Of a DNA stretch of 64,000 bases, positions 1-10,297 are shown piece after piece; the first letter of the stretch is position 1, and the number at the start of each line of letters is the position of its first letter. The position numbers and the translations under genes were made by a program. Source of the stretch: Methanolinea sp. (GTDB lineage: Archaea > Halobacteriota > Methanomicrobia > Methanomicrobiales > Methanospirillaceae); the NCBI GenBank assembly GCA_016699325.1, contig CP064971.1:1819636-1883635 (forward strand), read 5' to 3'. The notes beneath the pieces are model-generated. The model saw nothing but the letters and a program-made list of their open reading frames with translations. It made no database searches and was not told where the DNA came from.

Positions 1-1091
1 CGGAAGATGAAAAGGACATGGAGTTCCTTGGTGCCCTTGCCTTCACCGATCCCATCAAGCCGTCGACCTTCGGTGCCGTTGAGAAAGCACGGGAACTCGG
101 CGTGGAGCTCAAGATCATCACCGGGGACAGCCCCGAGGTTGCCGGGGCGGTGGGAGTCCGGATAGGGCTCCTGGAGGACCCGGGCCGGGTGATAACCGGC
201 TCGGCCCTTATGGCGTTGCCCCCTGATGAGCGCGAGCTGGCGGTCGCCAGGCACGCGGTCTTTGCCCGCGTCACCCCTGAGCAGAAGTACGAGATTGTCG
301 AGATCCTGCAGATGGAACGCACGGTCGGGTTCCTGGGGGAGGGGATCAACGATGCCCCGGCCCTCAAGCTCGCCGGGGTATCACTCGTGGTGGACAGTGC
401 CGCCGATATCGCCCGCGAGGCTGCCGACATCATCCTCCTGCAAAAGGACCTCGAGGTTATCATCAAGGGGATCCAGAGCGGGCGGGAGGTGTTTGCCAAC
501 ACCGTCAAGTATTTGAAGGCAACGCTTTCCTCGAACTTCGGCAACTTCTACGCCGTGGCTCTCGCCTCGCTCTTCATCACCTTTTTACCGATGCTGCCGA
601 TCCAGATCCTACTGGTCAACCTGCTCTCCGACTTCCCGATGATCTCCATTGCCACCGATACGGTGGATGCGGCGGAATGGGATATGCCTCGCAGGTACGA
701 CCTGAAGGAGATCGTGCTGATCGCCACCCTGCTCGGGGTGGTGAGCACCGTGTTTGACTTTGCATTTTTCACCATCTTCGTCAGAGGAGGGGAATCGGTA
801 TTGCAGACCTGCTGGTTCATGGGAAGCATCCTGACCGAGCTCGTGTTCCTCTTCTCGATCAGGACCCATCTGCCGTTCTTCAGGGCCAGCCGCCCGTCCA
901 CCTATGTCATGGTGCTGACCGCGGTTGCCGCCGCGGTGACCATCCTTTTGCCCTACACGGCCTTCGGACAGGAGGTGTTCCGCTTCGTCCCGCCTCCGCC
1001 CGGCTCGCTTGCCATCATCCTCGGCCTGGTGGCCGCATTCTTCGTCACGGCAGAACTGGTCAAGGTCTCCTACTACCGGTCAACGAGCTGA
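1..1091 (+). CDS. mgtA: Mg2+-type P-type ATPase, C-terminal ~360 aa (5' end outside the window)
   Basis: ORF 18..1091 stays open to the window edge. It has the P-domain hinge motif GEGINDAPALKLAGVSLVV, then TM helices containing PMLPIQILLVNLLSDFP, as in MgtA-family pumps. Confidence 0.85.
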   Translation, partial: EDEKDMEFLGALAFTDPIKPSTFGAVEKARELGVELKIITGDSPEVAGAVGVRIGLLEDPGRVITGSALMALPPDERELAVARHAVFARVTPEQKYEIVEILQMERTVGFLGEGINDAPALKLAGVSLVVDSAADIAREAADIILLQKDLEVIIKGIQSGREVFANTVKYLKATLSSNFGNFYAVALASLFITFLPMLPIQILLVNLLSDFPMISIATDTVDAAEWDMPRRYDLKEIVLIATLLGVVSTVFDFAFFTIFVRGGESVLQTCWFMGSILTELVFLFSIRTHLPFFRASRPSTYVMVLTAVAAAVTILLPYTAFGQEVFRFVPPPPGSLAIILGLVAAFFVTAELVKVSYYRSTS

Positions 1092-1469
1092 TATGCCGTC
1101 CCCGGCCACGCGGGACCCGGGCTCTGCCGGCCCGCAGGTCCCCGGGCAATCCCTTTTCATGGCGGTCTCACCCGGTACCCACCATCATCCCGCCCCGGGG
1201 ACGAGTCACCATTCACGTGTCGTGATGGATGCGGTGTCTCACCCCGGTACCACCACCATCCCGCCCCGGGGAACCTTATCGCGTCAGCCATTCCCCGGTT
1301 TTTTCCAGCCGGAACGGCCGGGTCTCATCGCTGATAGTCCCATTCCTGTCCGGCCAGGTGCTTTGCAAACAATACCCCTTTATTTCCTGTCCGCAGAAGC
1401 TGGTTTCCTGACGGGGGTCTATCAAACAGGGTAACTTAATTTCGTCAACCTCCATTTCCATTCGAGAAC

Positions 1470-1829
1470 ACGGGCAGTCTCCGGGCCACATGAACGTCCT
1501 CCTCGCCGAGGCGGGGATCCCCCGTACGATCACCTGTTCGACCGGGACGAGATCAACCAGGAGTTCCCTGAGACCGACGTGGTCCTCGTCATCGGTGCAA
1601 ACGATGTCGTCAACCCGGCAGCGCACCGGCAGGGCAGCCTGCTCTACGGCATGCCCGTCCCCGATGTCGAGGAGGCAGGAAACGTCATCGTCCTCAAGCG
1701 GGGAAGGGAATGGGCTTTGCCGGTATCGGAAACGACCTGTTCCACCGGGACAATACCAGGATGCTCTATGGCGACGTGAAGGAGTCCTCCGGGACGGTCG
1801 TGCAGGCGATTAAAAGCTGTAGGGGATGA
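1470..1829 (+). pseudogene. pntB: Relic of NAD(P) transhydrogenase beta subunit (last ~110 codons only, at least 2 frameshifts)
   Basis: [48 protein letters not shown] and [29 protein letters not shown] lie in three different frames. No membrane domain lies upstream. Confidence 0.75.
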
Positions 1830-2016
1830 GGGCGAGATGTGGGGAGAGACCGGGATTGCCCGGGAGAAAAAAAAAGAAGGAATGTCCCCGGCCGGAGATG
1901 GGGAAAACGCATCCCTGGACGATGATCGGGGACTTACGATATTTCCCTCACCGCCCAGCCAGCACCTCACTGAGGAGCCGGATCTCCCTGATCTCCGGTG
2001 ACCACCCCCGGTGCCC

Positions 2017-2316
2017 TCACCGCCCGGCCAGCACATCCCTGAGAAGCCAGATCCCCCCGATGATGACTGCCAGGTAATAGACAGCATTTACCAGGGGAAT
2101 AAACTGGTCGGCCACCCACATCCCGATCACGCCCTGGATGCTGAAATAGATCTGGACGGCTGCTATGAACACCAGCAGCAGGACGATCAGGCGAAGCCCG
2201 GTCATGAAATCAATGCCCGTTTCCTTTTTCCCTCTCTCCGGACTTCCGATCATTGATCCTCCTTCCTTATCCCCGGTCGTCCCCGCCGGGCCGGCCCTTT
2301 CATCCATCATCCGCAC
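2017..2316 (-). CDS. Small hydrophobic membrane protein (true start probably an internal Met, e.g. 2205)
   Basis: The ORF contains two predicted TM helices (LRLIVLLLVFIAAVQIYF, VYYLAVIIGGIWLL). I recognise no family. Confidence 0.5.
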   Translation of the reverse strand: MRMMDERAGPAGTTGDKEGGSMIGSPERGKKETGIDFMTGLRLIVLLLVFIAAVQIYFSIQGVIGMWVADQFIPLVNAVYYLAVIIGGIWLLRDVLAGR

Positions 2317-3273
2317 CTCCTCCGTGAGAAGGCGACCGCCCCGCCTCCTGCCAGCGCTGCCACTGCCAGGAGTGCCGAGAAGCCGGGTGTACGGATCCCC
2401 TCCGGGGGGTAGGGTGCGGCATAGGACAATGGTGTACCCTCTTTTGCAACGAACTTTGAGGTCTCGATCTTCTTTACAACAAACTGCTCCCCCCCAGGAA
2501 GGGCGGCCCCGGGCCTGAGCTGGACCGTGCCCTCGCCACGCCTGATGATCGTCCCGTTCTTCCAGACAAGCACTTCTACGATGTAATTATACTGGTCTGG
2601 AACGGCCAGGCGGACGGAAGTGACGACGATCTTCTCCGGATCGACATTCTCGACGTGCACAGTTTGTTTATCGGCAACCAGGTGGGCATCCATCTCTTTT
2701 GCCTTCACTTCGACATCGAACGGGCCGCTCGGACCCGGATCATCGTTCCCAAAGTAGAGGTCGGTTTGAATATCCACGAAGTCACCTCTCACACCCAGTA
2801 CGATGAAGTCTATATCCCCGATTACGAGGCCCGATGACTGGCTGTCCGGGATCATGCGCTCGAGATTGTATACCGTAATTTCCCCCTGCGCCTTTCGCTT
2901 CTCCCCTTCGTAGACCGTGGCTACGAGCCGGTACGACCCCTTTCGCGGGAGATCGATGTTCTGATTGACCGTAACAGCCTCCACCCCAGCCGATACCGCC
3001 AATCGTATCTGTCCGTTCGGTTTCGAGAAGCCCGGTCTCTGTACTGAACGCACGGAGCTGAAGACGCGGGGTGCCGCTCCCGAAGCCCTGGAAGTTCACG
3101 ATCTCTGTCGTGACATTGAGAGTGACGACGGAGGGGTTTACCTGCTGGGCACCCACGTTCATTCCCTGTACTCCTAACAAGCTCTCCTTAAGGCAGCCGC
3201 CGGCAAATACGGCGGAAAAAATGAGCACTCCGAAGAGAAAAGCGGCACCCAGGCCGCAATACGCGGATGTCAT
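2307..3273 (-). CDS. Secreted surface protein with PGF-CTERM archaeosortase signal; frame broken once near 2990-3050
   Basis: The N-terminal signal/TM (ORF 2782..3273, LGAAFLFGVLIFSAVFAGGC) and the body plus C-terminal TPGFSALLAVAALAGGGAVAFSRRR (ORF 2307..3053) sit in two overlapping frames. Confidence 0.6.
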
Positions 3274-3315
3274 GAATGGTTCAACAAAAGTATGTCTTTA
3301 TTCAATTGTGATATA

Positions 3316-4282
3316 TAATCCTGACTTCGCCAGAAGAAGGATGAGAAGGTAGTGTTTATATAATTTCATGCAAAAAAACACAACCTTCTCATTAGGTAAT
3401 ATAGCATTAATCGATAAAATTGATTCGGAGACCAACTTTTTCGCATCAGTTCTTGGCGGAGTTGGTGGTCGAAGCAAGTCATTCATACCATCGGTAAAGC
3501 TTCTCATCAGCAACAAACTCAATCAATCGGTATCGATCAATAAGATTCTGGACTTTACCCCGACGAACTTCTCAAGACACTGGGGTTTGAAGATACAATT
3601 TCAGACCGGAGTTTGTATCGGACTCTGGAACGACTGGGAGAAAGAAAGTCGATTGTTCTTGACCAGTTTCAACGCTGGATCTCCCAGCAGAGCCTCGTGG
3701 ATTAAAACCCAGTTCGTGGACTTCAGTTCGAGTTACTTTGAGGGGACAAAATGTCCGCTGGGGGAGTTAGGGTATTCCCGGGACAATCAGCCAGGGAAAC
3801 TCCAGATCGCATTTGGGATCAGTGTCGGCCTCAATAACATACCGACGATGCTGACCATCCAGAAAGGAAATGTTCAGGATAAAAAGCATATGCAGATGCT
3901 GATCCGGTTATGCTCGAGCGTTCTTCCTGAAGGCAGTCTTCTGGTGTTTGACTGTGGAGGGAATACCTAGGATAACAAACAAAGGATCCGCGATCTGAAG
4001 TTCCATTATTTGACCCTGAAAGCAAAGAAGAAAGGACCATACCGGAACGAGATAGCGATCTACCATGCCAGGAAAGAAAGCCAGGTTTCATTCGTTTCTG
4101 GCAACCGGGTCTATTCATGTGTCAAATATCGGGATGGCGAAGAAGTCCGGTACATATTTTTCTGTGACGACCTGGCCTGTGACCAGTTGACGAAGAAAGC
4201 AAGGAAACTTAAGAAAGACCTGGAGAAGGGAAAGTTCTCACAAAGAAGGTTGAACGCGGAAAAGATCTGGGACCTTTGGTGA
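3316..4282 (+). mobile_element. 3'-truncated copy of an IS4/IS1634-like insertion sequence (same family as 8583..10059)
   Basis: The left end CCTGACTTCGCCAGAAGAAGGATGAGAAGGTAGTGTTTATATAATTTCATG matches the reverse complement of 10001..10059. Homology to the full copy stops near 4270. Confidence 0.8.
3368..4282 (+). pseudogene. DDE transposase, degraded (frameshifts, stop, 3' truncation)
   Basis: ORFs 3368..3970 and 4010..4282 are near-identical to parts of the 332-aa ORF 9008..10006, but are interrupted and end early. Confidence 0.8.
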
Positions 4283-4488
4283 TGCCTCCATGCGATCGCC
4301 TTGGTATGTAAATCTCATAGCGTGAGGAGTGAAGAATCATTCGATAGCGTTTCATTTTAACGAGAAGGATGGATGTACTGGAGGGGGAGAGCGAGGAAGG
4401 CGGCGGTGTGGATGGGGGGTGGTTCAGTAGAAAAGTTCCTTGTTCAATGTCGATTAATTTTATTTTCTCTTGCTGACTGTTTTGTATC

Positions 4489-5082
4489 ATGGGATTCATG
4501 GATGGATATAGAAAAGCAGTTCAATCTTCCCAGGATGAAAAAAGATTGAAGCAAGGGAAATACGTGCCTCCTCGCGATCCGGAGGAGATTGAGCAAAGGC
4601 GTAAATTATTGGATGTCCTCTCCCAAGGCGATCTATCAGTGATTGATCCGGTTCCTTCGGACCGCGTGCCCGTCATCATGAAGAAAAATGAAATTTGCTA
4701 CGCGTGTGTGAACGGTGCACAACTGTGGGAGGACAGAGCGGTGAGAACCACAACAGGAGGCTATGGCGGGCCGAGGATACGGGTCGCGAAGGGTGTTTCT
4801 TTCGGCGTGGGAGGGTTTGGAGCACAGAGTACGAGCCATGAGGTGAGAAAACAAATTGATACCGGTGTGTTTCTCCTCACGAACAAGCGAGTAATTTTTA
4901 CAGGAAAAGGAAAGACCATTGAATTTCCATTGAACAAAATCATCGCGGTTGATTCATTCCCGCTTGAGGGGATCAGAGTGAATCGGTCGAATAAACAAAA
5001 AACAGAATATTATCTGGGTGGCTTTGATGGAGAGACAGTTACTGCTACAATTAAAGGATTAATCAGCCATTTGGAGGAATAG
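4489..5082 (+). CDS. Hypothetical protein with PH/GRAM-like C-terminal domain
   Basis: 197-aa ORF in an AT-rich segment. The pattern IDTGVFLLTNKRVIFTGKGKTIEFPLNKIIAV resembles bacterial PH-like domains (recognised by eye only). Confidence 0.55.
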   Translation: MGFMDGYRKAVQSSQDEKRLKQGKYVPPRDPEEIEQRRKLLDVLSQGDLSVIDPVPSDRVPVIMKKNEICYACVNGAQLWEDRAVRTTTGGYGGPRIRVAKGVSFGVGGFGAQSTSHEVRKQIDTGVFLLTNKRVIFTGKGKTIEFPLNKIIAVDSFPLEGIRVNRSNKQKTEYYLGGFDGETVTATIKGLISHLEE

Positions 5083-5083
5083 G

Positions 5084-5446
5084 TTATCGTTGTTCGCAAA
5101 TCCTTCCATCCCTATCCCTGTCGAGACGATGAACATCACCCTTTCCTATACTTTTACAGTAATTGAAGCATTCATACGCACCTGCTCCATTTGGTAAGGG
5201 GAAGTCACCACAATTATAGACGTCTCGCGAGCAATCGCACACCGGCCCTGATAGTGAAGAGGTAGTTCGTGGAGGAGGCGAGGTTGTAATAATTGTAGTC
5301 GGTGTTGTTGTTTTTGGAGTGGGAGTTGCAGATGTACTCTTTGTGGTGATGGTGGTTTGTGGAGTGCTGGTTTTTTCTTTTGAAGTGCATCCGACAAAGA
5401 GGGACATGAAAATGAAAATGAGGACGATTAAGGGGAAGAGTTTCAT
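5084..5446 (-). CDS. Secreted lipoprotein-like protein with Thr/Pro linker and Excalibur calcium-binding domain
   Basis: Signal peptide with lipobox-like LFVGC, a T/P-rich linker, and C-terminal CGDF...GDVHRLDRDRDGRICE (Excalibur DxDxDGxxCE motif). Confidence 0.75.
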   Translation of the reverse strand: MKLFPLIVLIFIFMSLFVGCTSKEKTSTPQTTITTKSTSATPTPKTTTPTTIITTSPPPRTTSSLSGPVCDCSRDVYNCGDFPLPNGAGAYECFNYCKSIGKGDVHRLDRDRDGRICEQR

Positions 5447-5629
5447 AGATAGAAAATTTTTTACAGAATAATAATTTTATCGATATTTGCAATCTCTTAT
5501 CAATTCAATTTATTCCATTTTACTTTTAGACCTTGAATTTGCCTCCAATAACTGATCCCCCTCAAACTTTATCACCCTCCTCCCCCCACCTCATCGCAGC
5601 CCTTCAATCAAGGGCAGGAGTATCAGCAA

Positions 5630-5830
5630 ATGGCAGACTTTGTGCAGAAGAGCGTGACCAAGACCGCAGTCCGTGTGCTGACCGCACCGATTGCGAACGC
5701 GGCCGCGATCAAGACCATCGCTGACAGCGTTGTCAGCACCAACCCGTTCGAGTGCACCTCGTACGAGGTGAGCGGCGTCACCATGAACCCGGTCATCATC
5801 TCCAAGCAGTCCTACAGCCCCCCTGCACCA
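5630..5830 (+). pseudogene. Truncated paralog of the 167-aa gene of the prim-pol element (40938..41441)
   Basis: MADFVQKSVTKTAVRVLTAPIANAAAIKTIADSVVSTNPFECTSYEVSGV aligns with MGDFVQQSITKTAVRELASPIADIAAFNNLVSGVISGNPWGCTAYDVAGV. The RBS context AAGGGCAGGAG is shared. Similarity is lost after ~60 codons. Confidence 0.55.
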
Positions 5831-6264
5831 CCCTCTTCTTCGTCCGCGATCTCTATCACCTGTGTTGCAGCCATAAGAAAAACGGTGTCTGTTTCGCCTC
5901 ATTGGTTGGTAAGCCATCAGCGGCCTGCTCCGGGCGGGAGGGGGCAGGCCCACAATATTCTCCAATTGTTTCTTTGACGCTTGAAGGATGGGCTCCGCCC
6001 CCCGCCGCGTGGGCGCCGCCTCGGAAGTGTATCGCATCCCGGTGACGCTCGACCAAGCTCCTTTCGCTCCGTCTCCGTCCGCTCCTCCCTCCGGTCCGGT
6101 GCTCCTCCACTCCGCTGCAACTCGCATCGTCTCGCTATTTTCTTGTCGGTCCTGGTCCTGATGACGCCCCCGGCTTCGTCGTGAACTCCTTGCCGGAGGC
6201 TGCACTCTTCCCGCTCCTCGCACCGGCATTCCTCCCAGGCCACAGCCGGCAGGGAGCAGGGGTG

Positions 6265-6894
6265 TCACTGCTCCGGTCCGGACACCAGCAACCGGCCGTC
6301 TCCCTCGTCACGGAGGGATACCACGAGATAATCCCCGGCATGGACACCAAAATCAGCACCCGGTTCGTTCAGGAGAAAACCCCTGAACCTGTTGCCACCC
6401 CCCACCACCTCTTCCAGGCGGACCCAGACCACTTCGGCATGGTCCTGCTCCGGGGAGAGGAGGACTACCGATACGTCATCGAAGTACCCCGGAGCCCGGA
6501 ACTGGTCGAGATCGGTCCTGGTCCGGACCTCGTGGAGGCGTTCCGGTTCGTGGTAGACCCGCCACCGCTGCTCCTCGAGCAGACAGAGCTCGTTTGCTTG
6601 CTGCTCGGAGAGGAGGGTAAACGGCCCGACCTCGCCGGAGCGGAGGATGACGTCCTCCATGGGCACATCCGCGACGATGCAAGGGAGCTGTCCTGTTCCG
6701 GACCGGCACAGGGCAGTGACGCGGAGGCTGACGCCCTCCTCGTGATCCACGTAGAAAAAACCAATACAGCCGTCCGCCTCCGCACTGTCCATTCCCCTGG
6801 CGGCAAGGAGGGCGGAGAGGTGGGCAGTGATCCCCGTATATGCCCACCGGTTGATGATTTCCCGGTCGGAATACCGTGATCTTCCAGGGCTCAT
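6265..6894 (-). CDS. Hypothetical protein
   Basis: 209-aa ORF with plausible globular composition. The C-terminal pattern VWVRLEEV...FRGFLLNEP...GDYLVV recalls DUF2314-type domains (unverified). The + strand ORF 6181..6879 is its shadow. Confidence 0.55.
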   Translation of the reverse strand: MSPGRSRYSDREIINRWAYTGITAHLSALLAARGMDSAEADGCIGFFYVDHEEGVSLRVTALCRSGTGQLPCIVADVPMEDVILRSGEVGPFTLLSEQQANELCLLEEQRWRVYHEPERLHEVRTRTDLDQFRAPGYFDDVSVVLLSPEQDHAEVVWVRLEEVVGGGNRFRGFLLNEPGADFGVHAGDYLVVSLRDEGDGRLLVSGPEQ

Positions 6895-6987
6895 GCTATC
6901 AGGTTTATTCTTCCTGGTTGAATATTCGCATCGGTTAAGGCAATGTATGAAAAAGGCCCGGGTCCCCTGCAGGGGCTCTGGAGTTCC

Positions 6988-7374
6988 CTACCGGTTCAGG
7001 GCCTTCAGGATCGCTGCACGGAGCATCTCTTCCGGTATTGGCGAGAAGAGGTCCCGGTCATCATCGACCAGGGGGCACACGCCCGGCTTCCCGCCGGGGT
7101 CCGGGCATCCCCTGCAGTCGGTTGGGGGGATGGGTAAACCCAGGATCTGCTCCACCGGCACCCCGTTGATGAGCACGGTGTTTGATTCCATAACCCGCTC
7201 GATGGGGAGGACGGTGTTCTGAAGTTCCAGTTCCACGCCGTCAAGCAGGTTCTCTTCTCCCAGTCTGGTAATGACATTCCAGAGGTTTGTCCCGGTATCG
7301 GTGCAGCGGCCGCACGGGGTGTTTCCCAGGTCCAGGTGGCGCCATTCTACCACGAGCCGGTGTGGTCTGTCCAT
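6988..7374 (-). CDS. Cys-containing small protein, DUF2703-like
   Basis: 128-aa ORF. The N-terminus VVEWRHLDLGNTPCGRCTDTGTNL and a second Cys pair CRGCPDPG match my memory of DUF2703 proteins from methanogens (unverified). Confidence 0.6.
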   Translation of the reverse strand: MDRPHRLVVEWRHLDLGNTPCGRCTDTGTNLWNVITRLGEENLLDGVELELQNTVLPIERVMESNTVLINGVPVEQILGLPIPPTDCRGCPDPGGKPGVCPLVDDDRDLFSPIPEEMLRAAILKALNR

Positions 7375-7495
7375 CGGATCACCGGTTGAAAGAGAGGGCG
7401 GTCCGGAAGTATTGTGATGGAGATGCCCCCTGACCTATTTGACGATGGGACTGGCGGTGTCTGTTCATGTCTATCGGCACGGTCATGGACTTATT

Positions 7496-7672
7496 TCACT
7501 TGAAGCAGCCCAGCTGGCAGCTTCGGATCTTCACCCCGTGCGTGTTGCAGTACCGGGCTATTTCCATCTTGGGAATGCCGTACTTTTCTGACATGGCAAA
7601 GGCCTGGGGACACTTTATCTCGTTCCCGATGCCTTCGTTCTCGAATGCCGACCGGATTTTCTGTTCGTCCAT
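7496..7672 (-). CDS. Small (58 aa) Cys-containing protein, below the ORF-track cutoff
   Basis: Hand translation: MDEQKIRSAFENEGIGNEIKCPQAFAMSEKYGIPKMEIARYCNTHGVKIRSCQLGCFK, ATG to TGA with no interruptions. Confidence 0.4.
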   Translation of the reverse strand: MDEQKIRSAFENEGIGNEIKCPQAFAMSEKYGIPKMEIARYCNTHGVKIRSCQLGCFK

Positions 7673-8358
7673 TGTAACCTTATTTTCTTATCAAATGAAG
7701 GGAGATAACCATATCTATCTCGCCCATCACCTGGCCCGTGGGCACCCGGGCTCAACCGGGAATCGATGAATGAACGATGCAATCCTCTCACGAGGAACCG
7801 CGGGAGCGGGATACCGTCCCGGGAGGGAAGGCCTCCTGGTATGTTCCGGCGTTCTGCCTGGCCTGGTCGGCGGGTCAAGACCGCTTACCCGGTCGCCATA
7901 TCGCCTCGAAGCATGAAGGATTAGTGAAGAAACGGTCACCAAAAAAAGAAGGGGTTATCGGTAAGTAAGGAGGCTGGATGGGACTGCCCGGTCCCATCGT
8001 GGTGAATGCAAAGACTGCCGGGAACGTTCAATTCCGGCAAGGAGACCCGCCATGACCCTGGCCATGACGATGGCGGCAACGACCGCATACCGGACAACCT
8101 GCAGCTGTACCACCCCTCGTGCCACCGCGGCAGGGTTCCCGGCGGGTTTCCACATCATTGCCGGTGATGGAGTTCTCTTCAGGGTATTTATTATTTTTGA
8201 TGGTCTGGGTTCAACGGTCCGGAAGAAGGATGAAACCCATGCGGGTTCCCTGCTATAAGGCACCTGTATACAGGATGGGCATGGTGAGGGGGCCATTTTC
8301 ACGATTTAAAAAAAAATGTTTTTTCCCACGGCACCTTTCCGGGGTGCGGCTGCTGGAT

Positions 8359-8398
8359 CCTGACTTCGCCAGAAGAAGGATGAGAAGGCAGTGTTTAT
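8359..8398 (+). repeat. Solo terminal inverted repeat of the IS4/IS1634-like family
   Basis: CCTGACTTCGCCAGAAGAAGGATGAGAAGGCAGTGTTTAT equals the left end of the copy at 3316, in the same orientation. No transposase follows. Confidence 0.7.
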
Positions 8399-8582
8399 TG
8401 CTGAACTGTCCCGTGAAGATGTGTGTGAAGTAATCCGGAGTGCCTTGCGATAAATGCCGCCGGCCCGACGGGGCGCCCCCCGCGGCGGTTCAGTGACTGA
8501 ACGCAATGACTGCCGGAGATAGCGTTTCGAGAGATTATAACCTAACTTCGCCACTTTTCAGTACTTCCATCAAATTTAAACG

Positions 8583-10059
8583 ACTTAACCCAATTCGCCA
8601 GAAGCAATTTACCAGTGATTTGGCGCCTCCAGGCTACCATATCTCTTGATAAAATCTCCAAGAATTGGGCGTATTTCTGGGGAGAAGTTGGAAATGATCT
8701 TGACAGGATACCCAAAAGAAGGGTATATGATCGTAAGTGTCAAATTCGTGAGATAATTTTTGAGGACTTTCAGATTTTTCACGACGGGATCTTTACAGAA
8801 AAGTTGTGTCAAACTCACCAGGACTTTGGTGAGGAAAACGATCAACACGCACCGATCACCGCGTGTTTGGACCAGTGCCGGATCGGCCGGAGCTCGGCTC
8901 CTTCTTTGAGGTCCCGGATGAACTTCTCTGCACGGTCACGATTCTTGTAGGCATTCAGGATGTTTTCGGGATCATCATCGATGGTTGATTCAAGCACGAA
9001 GAAACCTTCAAGACCGGTTACATAGGGGTTGGGGATATCGCCAATGATCTTCTGGAGATGACCACGGGCGATGATCCAACCCTCCAGGAGCGATATACTG
9101 GCCGAGATCTTTTCCGCGTTCAACCTTCTTTGTGAGAACCTTCCCCTTCTCCAGGTCTTTCTCAAGTTTCCTTGCTTTCTTCGTCAACTGGTCACAGGCC
9201 AGGTCGTCACAGAAAAATATGTACCGGACTTCTTCGCCATCCCGATATTTGACACATGAATAGACCCGGTTGCCAGAAACGAATGAAACCTGGCTTTCTT
9301 TCCTGGCATGGTAGATCGTTATCTCGTTCCGGTATGGTCCTTTCTTCTTTGCTTTCAGGGTCAAATAATGGAACTTCAGATCGCGGATCCTTCGTTTGTT
9401 ATCCTGGGTATTCCCTCCACAGTCAAACACCAGAAGACTGCCTTCAGGAAGAACGCTCGAGCATAACCGGATCAGCATCTGCATATGCTTTTTATCCTGA
9501 ACATTTCCTTTCTGGATGGTCAGCATCGTCGGTATGTTATTGAGGCCGACACTGATCCCAAATGCGATCTGGAGTTTCCCTGGCTGATTGTCCCGGGAAT
9601 ACCCTAACTCCCCCAGCGGACATTTTGTCCCCTCAAAGTAACTCGAACTGAAGTCCACGAACTGGGTTGGATCCACGAGGCTCTGCTGGGAGATCCAGCG
9701 TTGAAACTGGTCAAGAACAATCGACTTTCTTTCTCCCAGTCGTTCCAGAGTCCGATACAAACTCCGGTCTGAAATTGTATCTTCAAACCCCAGTGTCTTG
9801 AGAAGTTCGTCGGGGGTAAAGTCCAGAATCTTATTGATCGATACCGATTGATTGAGTTTGTTGCTGATGAGAGCTTTTACGGATGGTATGAATGACTTGC
9901 TTCGACCACCAACTCCGCCAAGAACTGATGCGAAAAAGTTGGTCTCCGAATCAATTTTATCGATTAATGCTATATTACCTAATGAGAAGGCTGTGTTTTT
10001 TTGCATGAAATTATATAAACACTACCTTCTCATCCTTCTTCTGGCGAAGTCAGGTTATA
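8583..10059 (-). mobile_element. IS4/IS1634-like insertion sequence; 5' end at 10059, 3' end approximate
   Basis: There is a perfect terminal repeat at 10020..10059. A degenerate matching repeat (TTCGCCAGAAG) lies near 8590, with another IR-like motif at ~8535, so the lower boundary is uncertain. Confidence 0.7.
8609..10006 (-). pseudogene. DDE transposase split into three frames
   Basis: ORFs 9008..10006 (YSRDNQPGKLQ, LVFDCGGNT motifs), 8842..9165 and 8609..8848 join up as one ~460-aa IS4-superfamily transposase if two frame changes are allowed. Confidence 0.75.
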
Positions 10060-10297
10060 ATCTGTAAGTTCCACTGGAAATATTGCTTAATCTGATGAAT
10101 ATAATTCGGTTGGTTTTCCTATGGGGAGTGTACAGTGACTGTGCAGGATCGGAGTTTTGTTTTTACAGTAAAATCTTTACACTACCGGGAACATATTCTG
10201 CCAGTGGACAGCAAGAGGTGAGGGGAATTGTATATTTCCCGGAAAAATCCCGGGATTGCACTCTCCTTTATCTGATCCAATCCATCCAGGGGATATC

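Noticed and set aside
5591-6268. Long Arg/Gly/Pro-rich ORFs on both strands (for example the 225-aa ORF)
   Set aside because: Their composition is typical of random open frames in high-GC DNA. Similar shadows occur at 43942..44661, 28693..29379, 48174..48987 and 62735..63343, opposite well-supported genes.
6181-6879. A 232-aa + strand ORF
   Set aside because: It is the antisense shadow of the more protein-like minus-strand ORF 6265..6894.
7955-8302. A 115-aa minus-strand ORF and the overlapping + strand ORFs just before the solo IS repeat
   Set aside because: No motifs, low-complexity composition, and competing frames of similar quality. I could not support a gene call.
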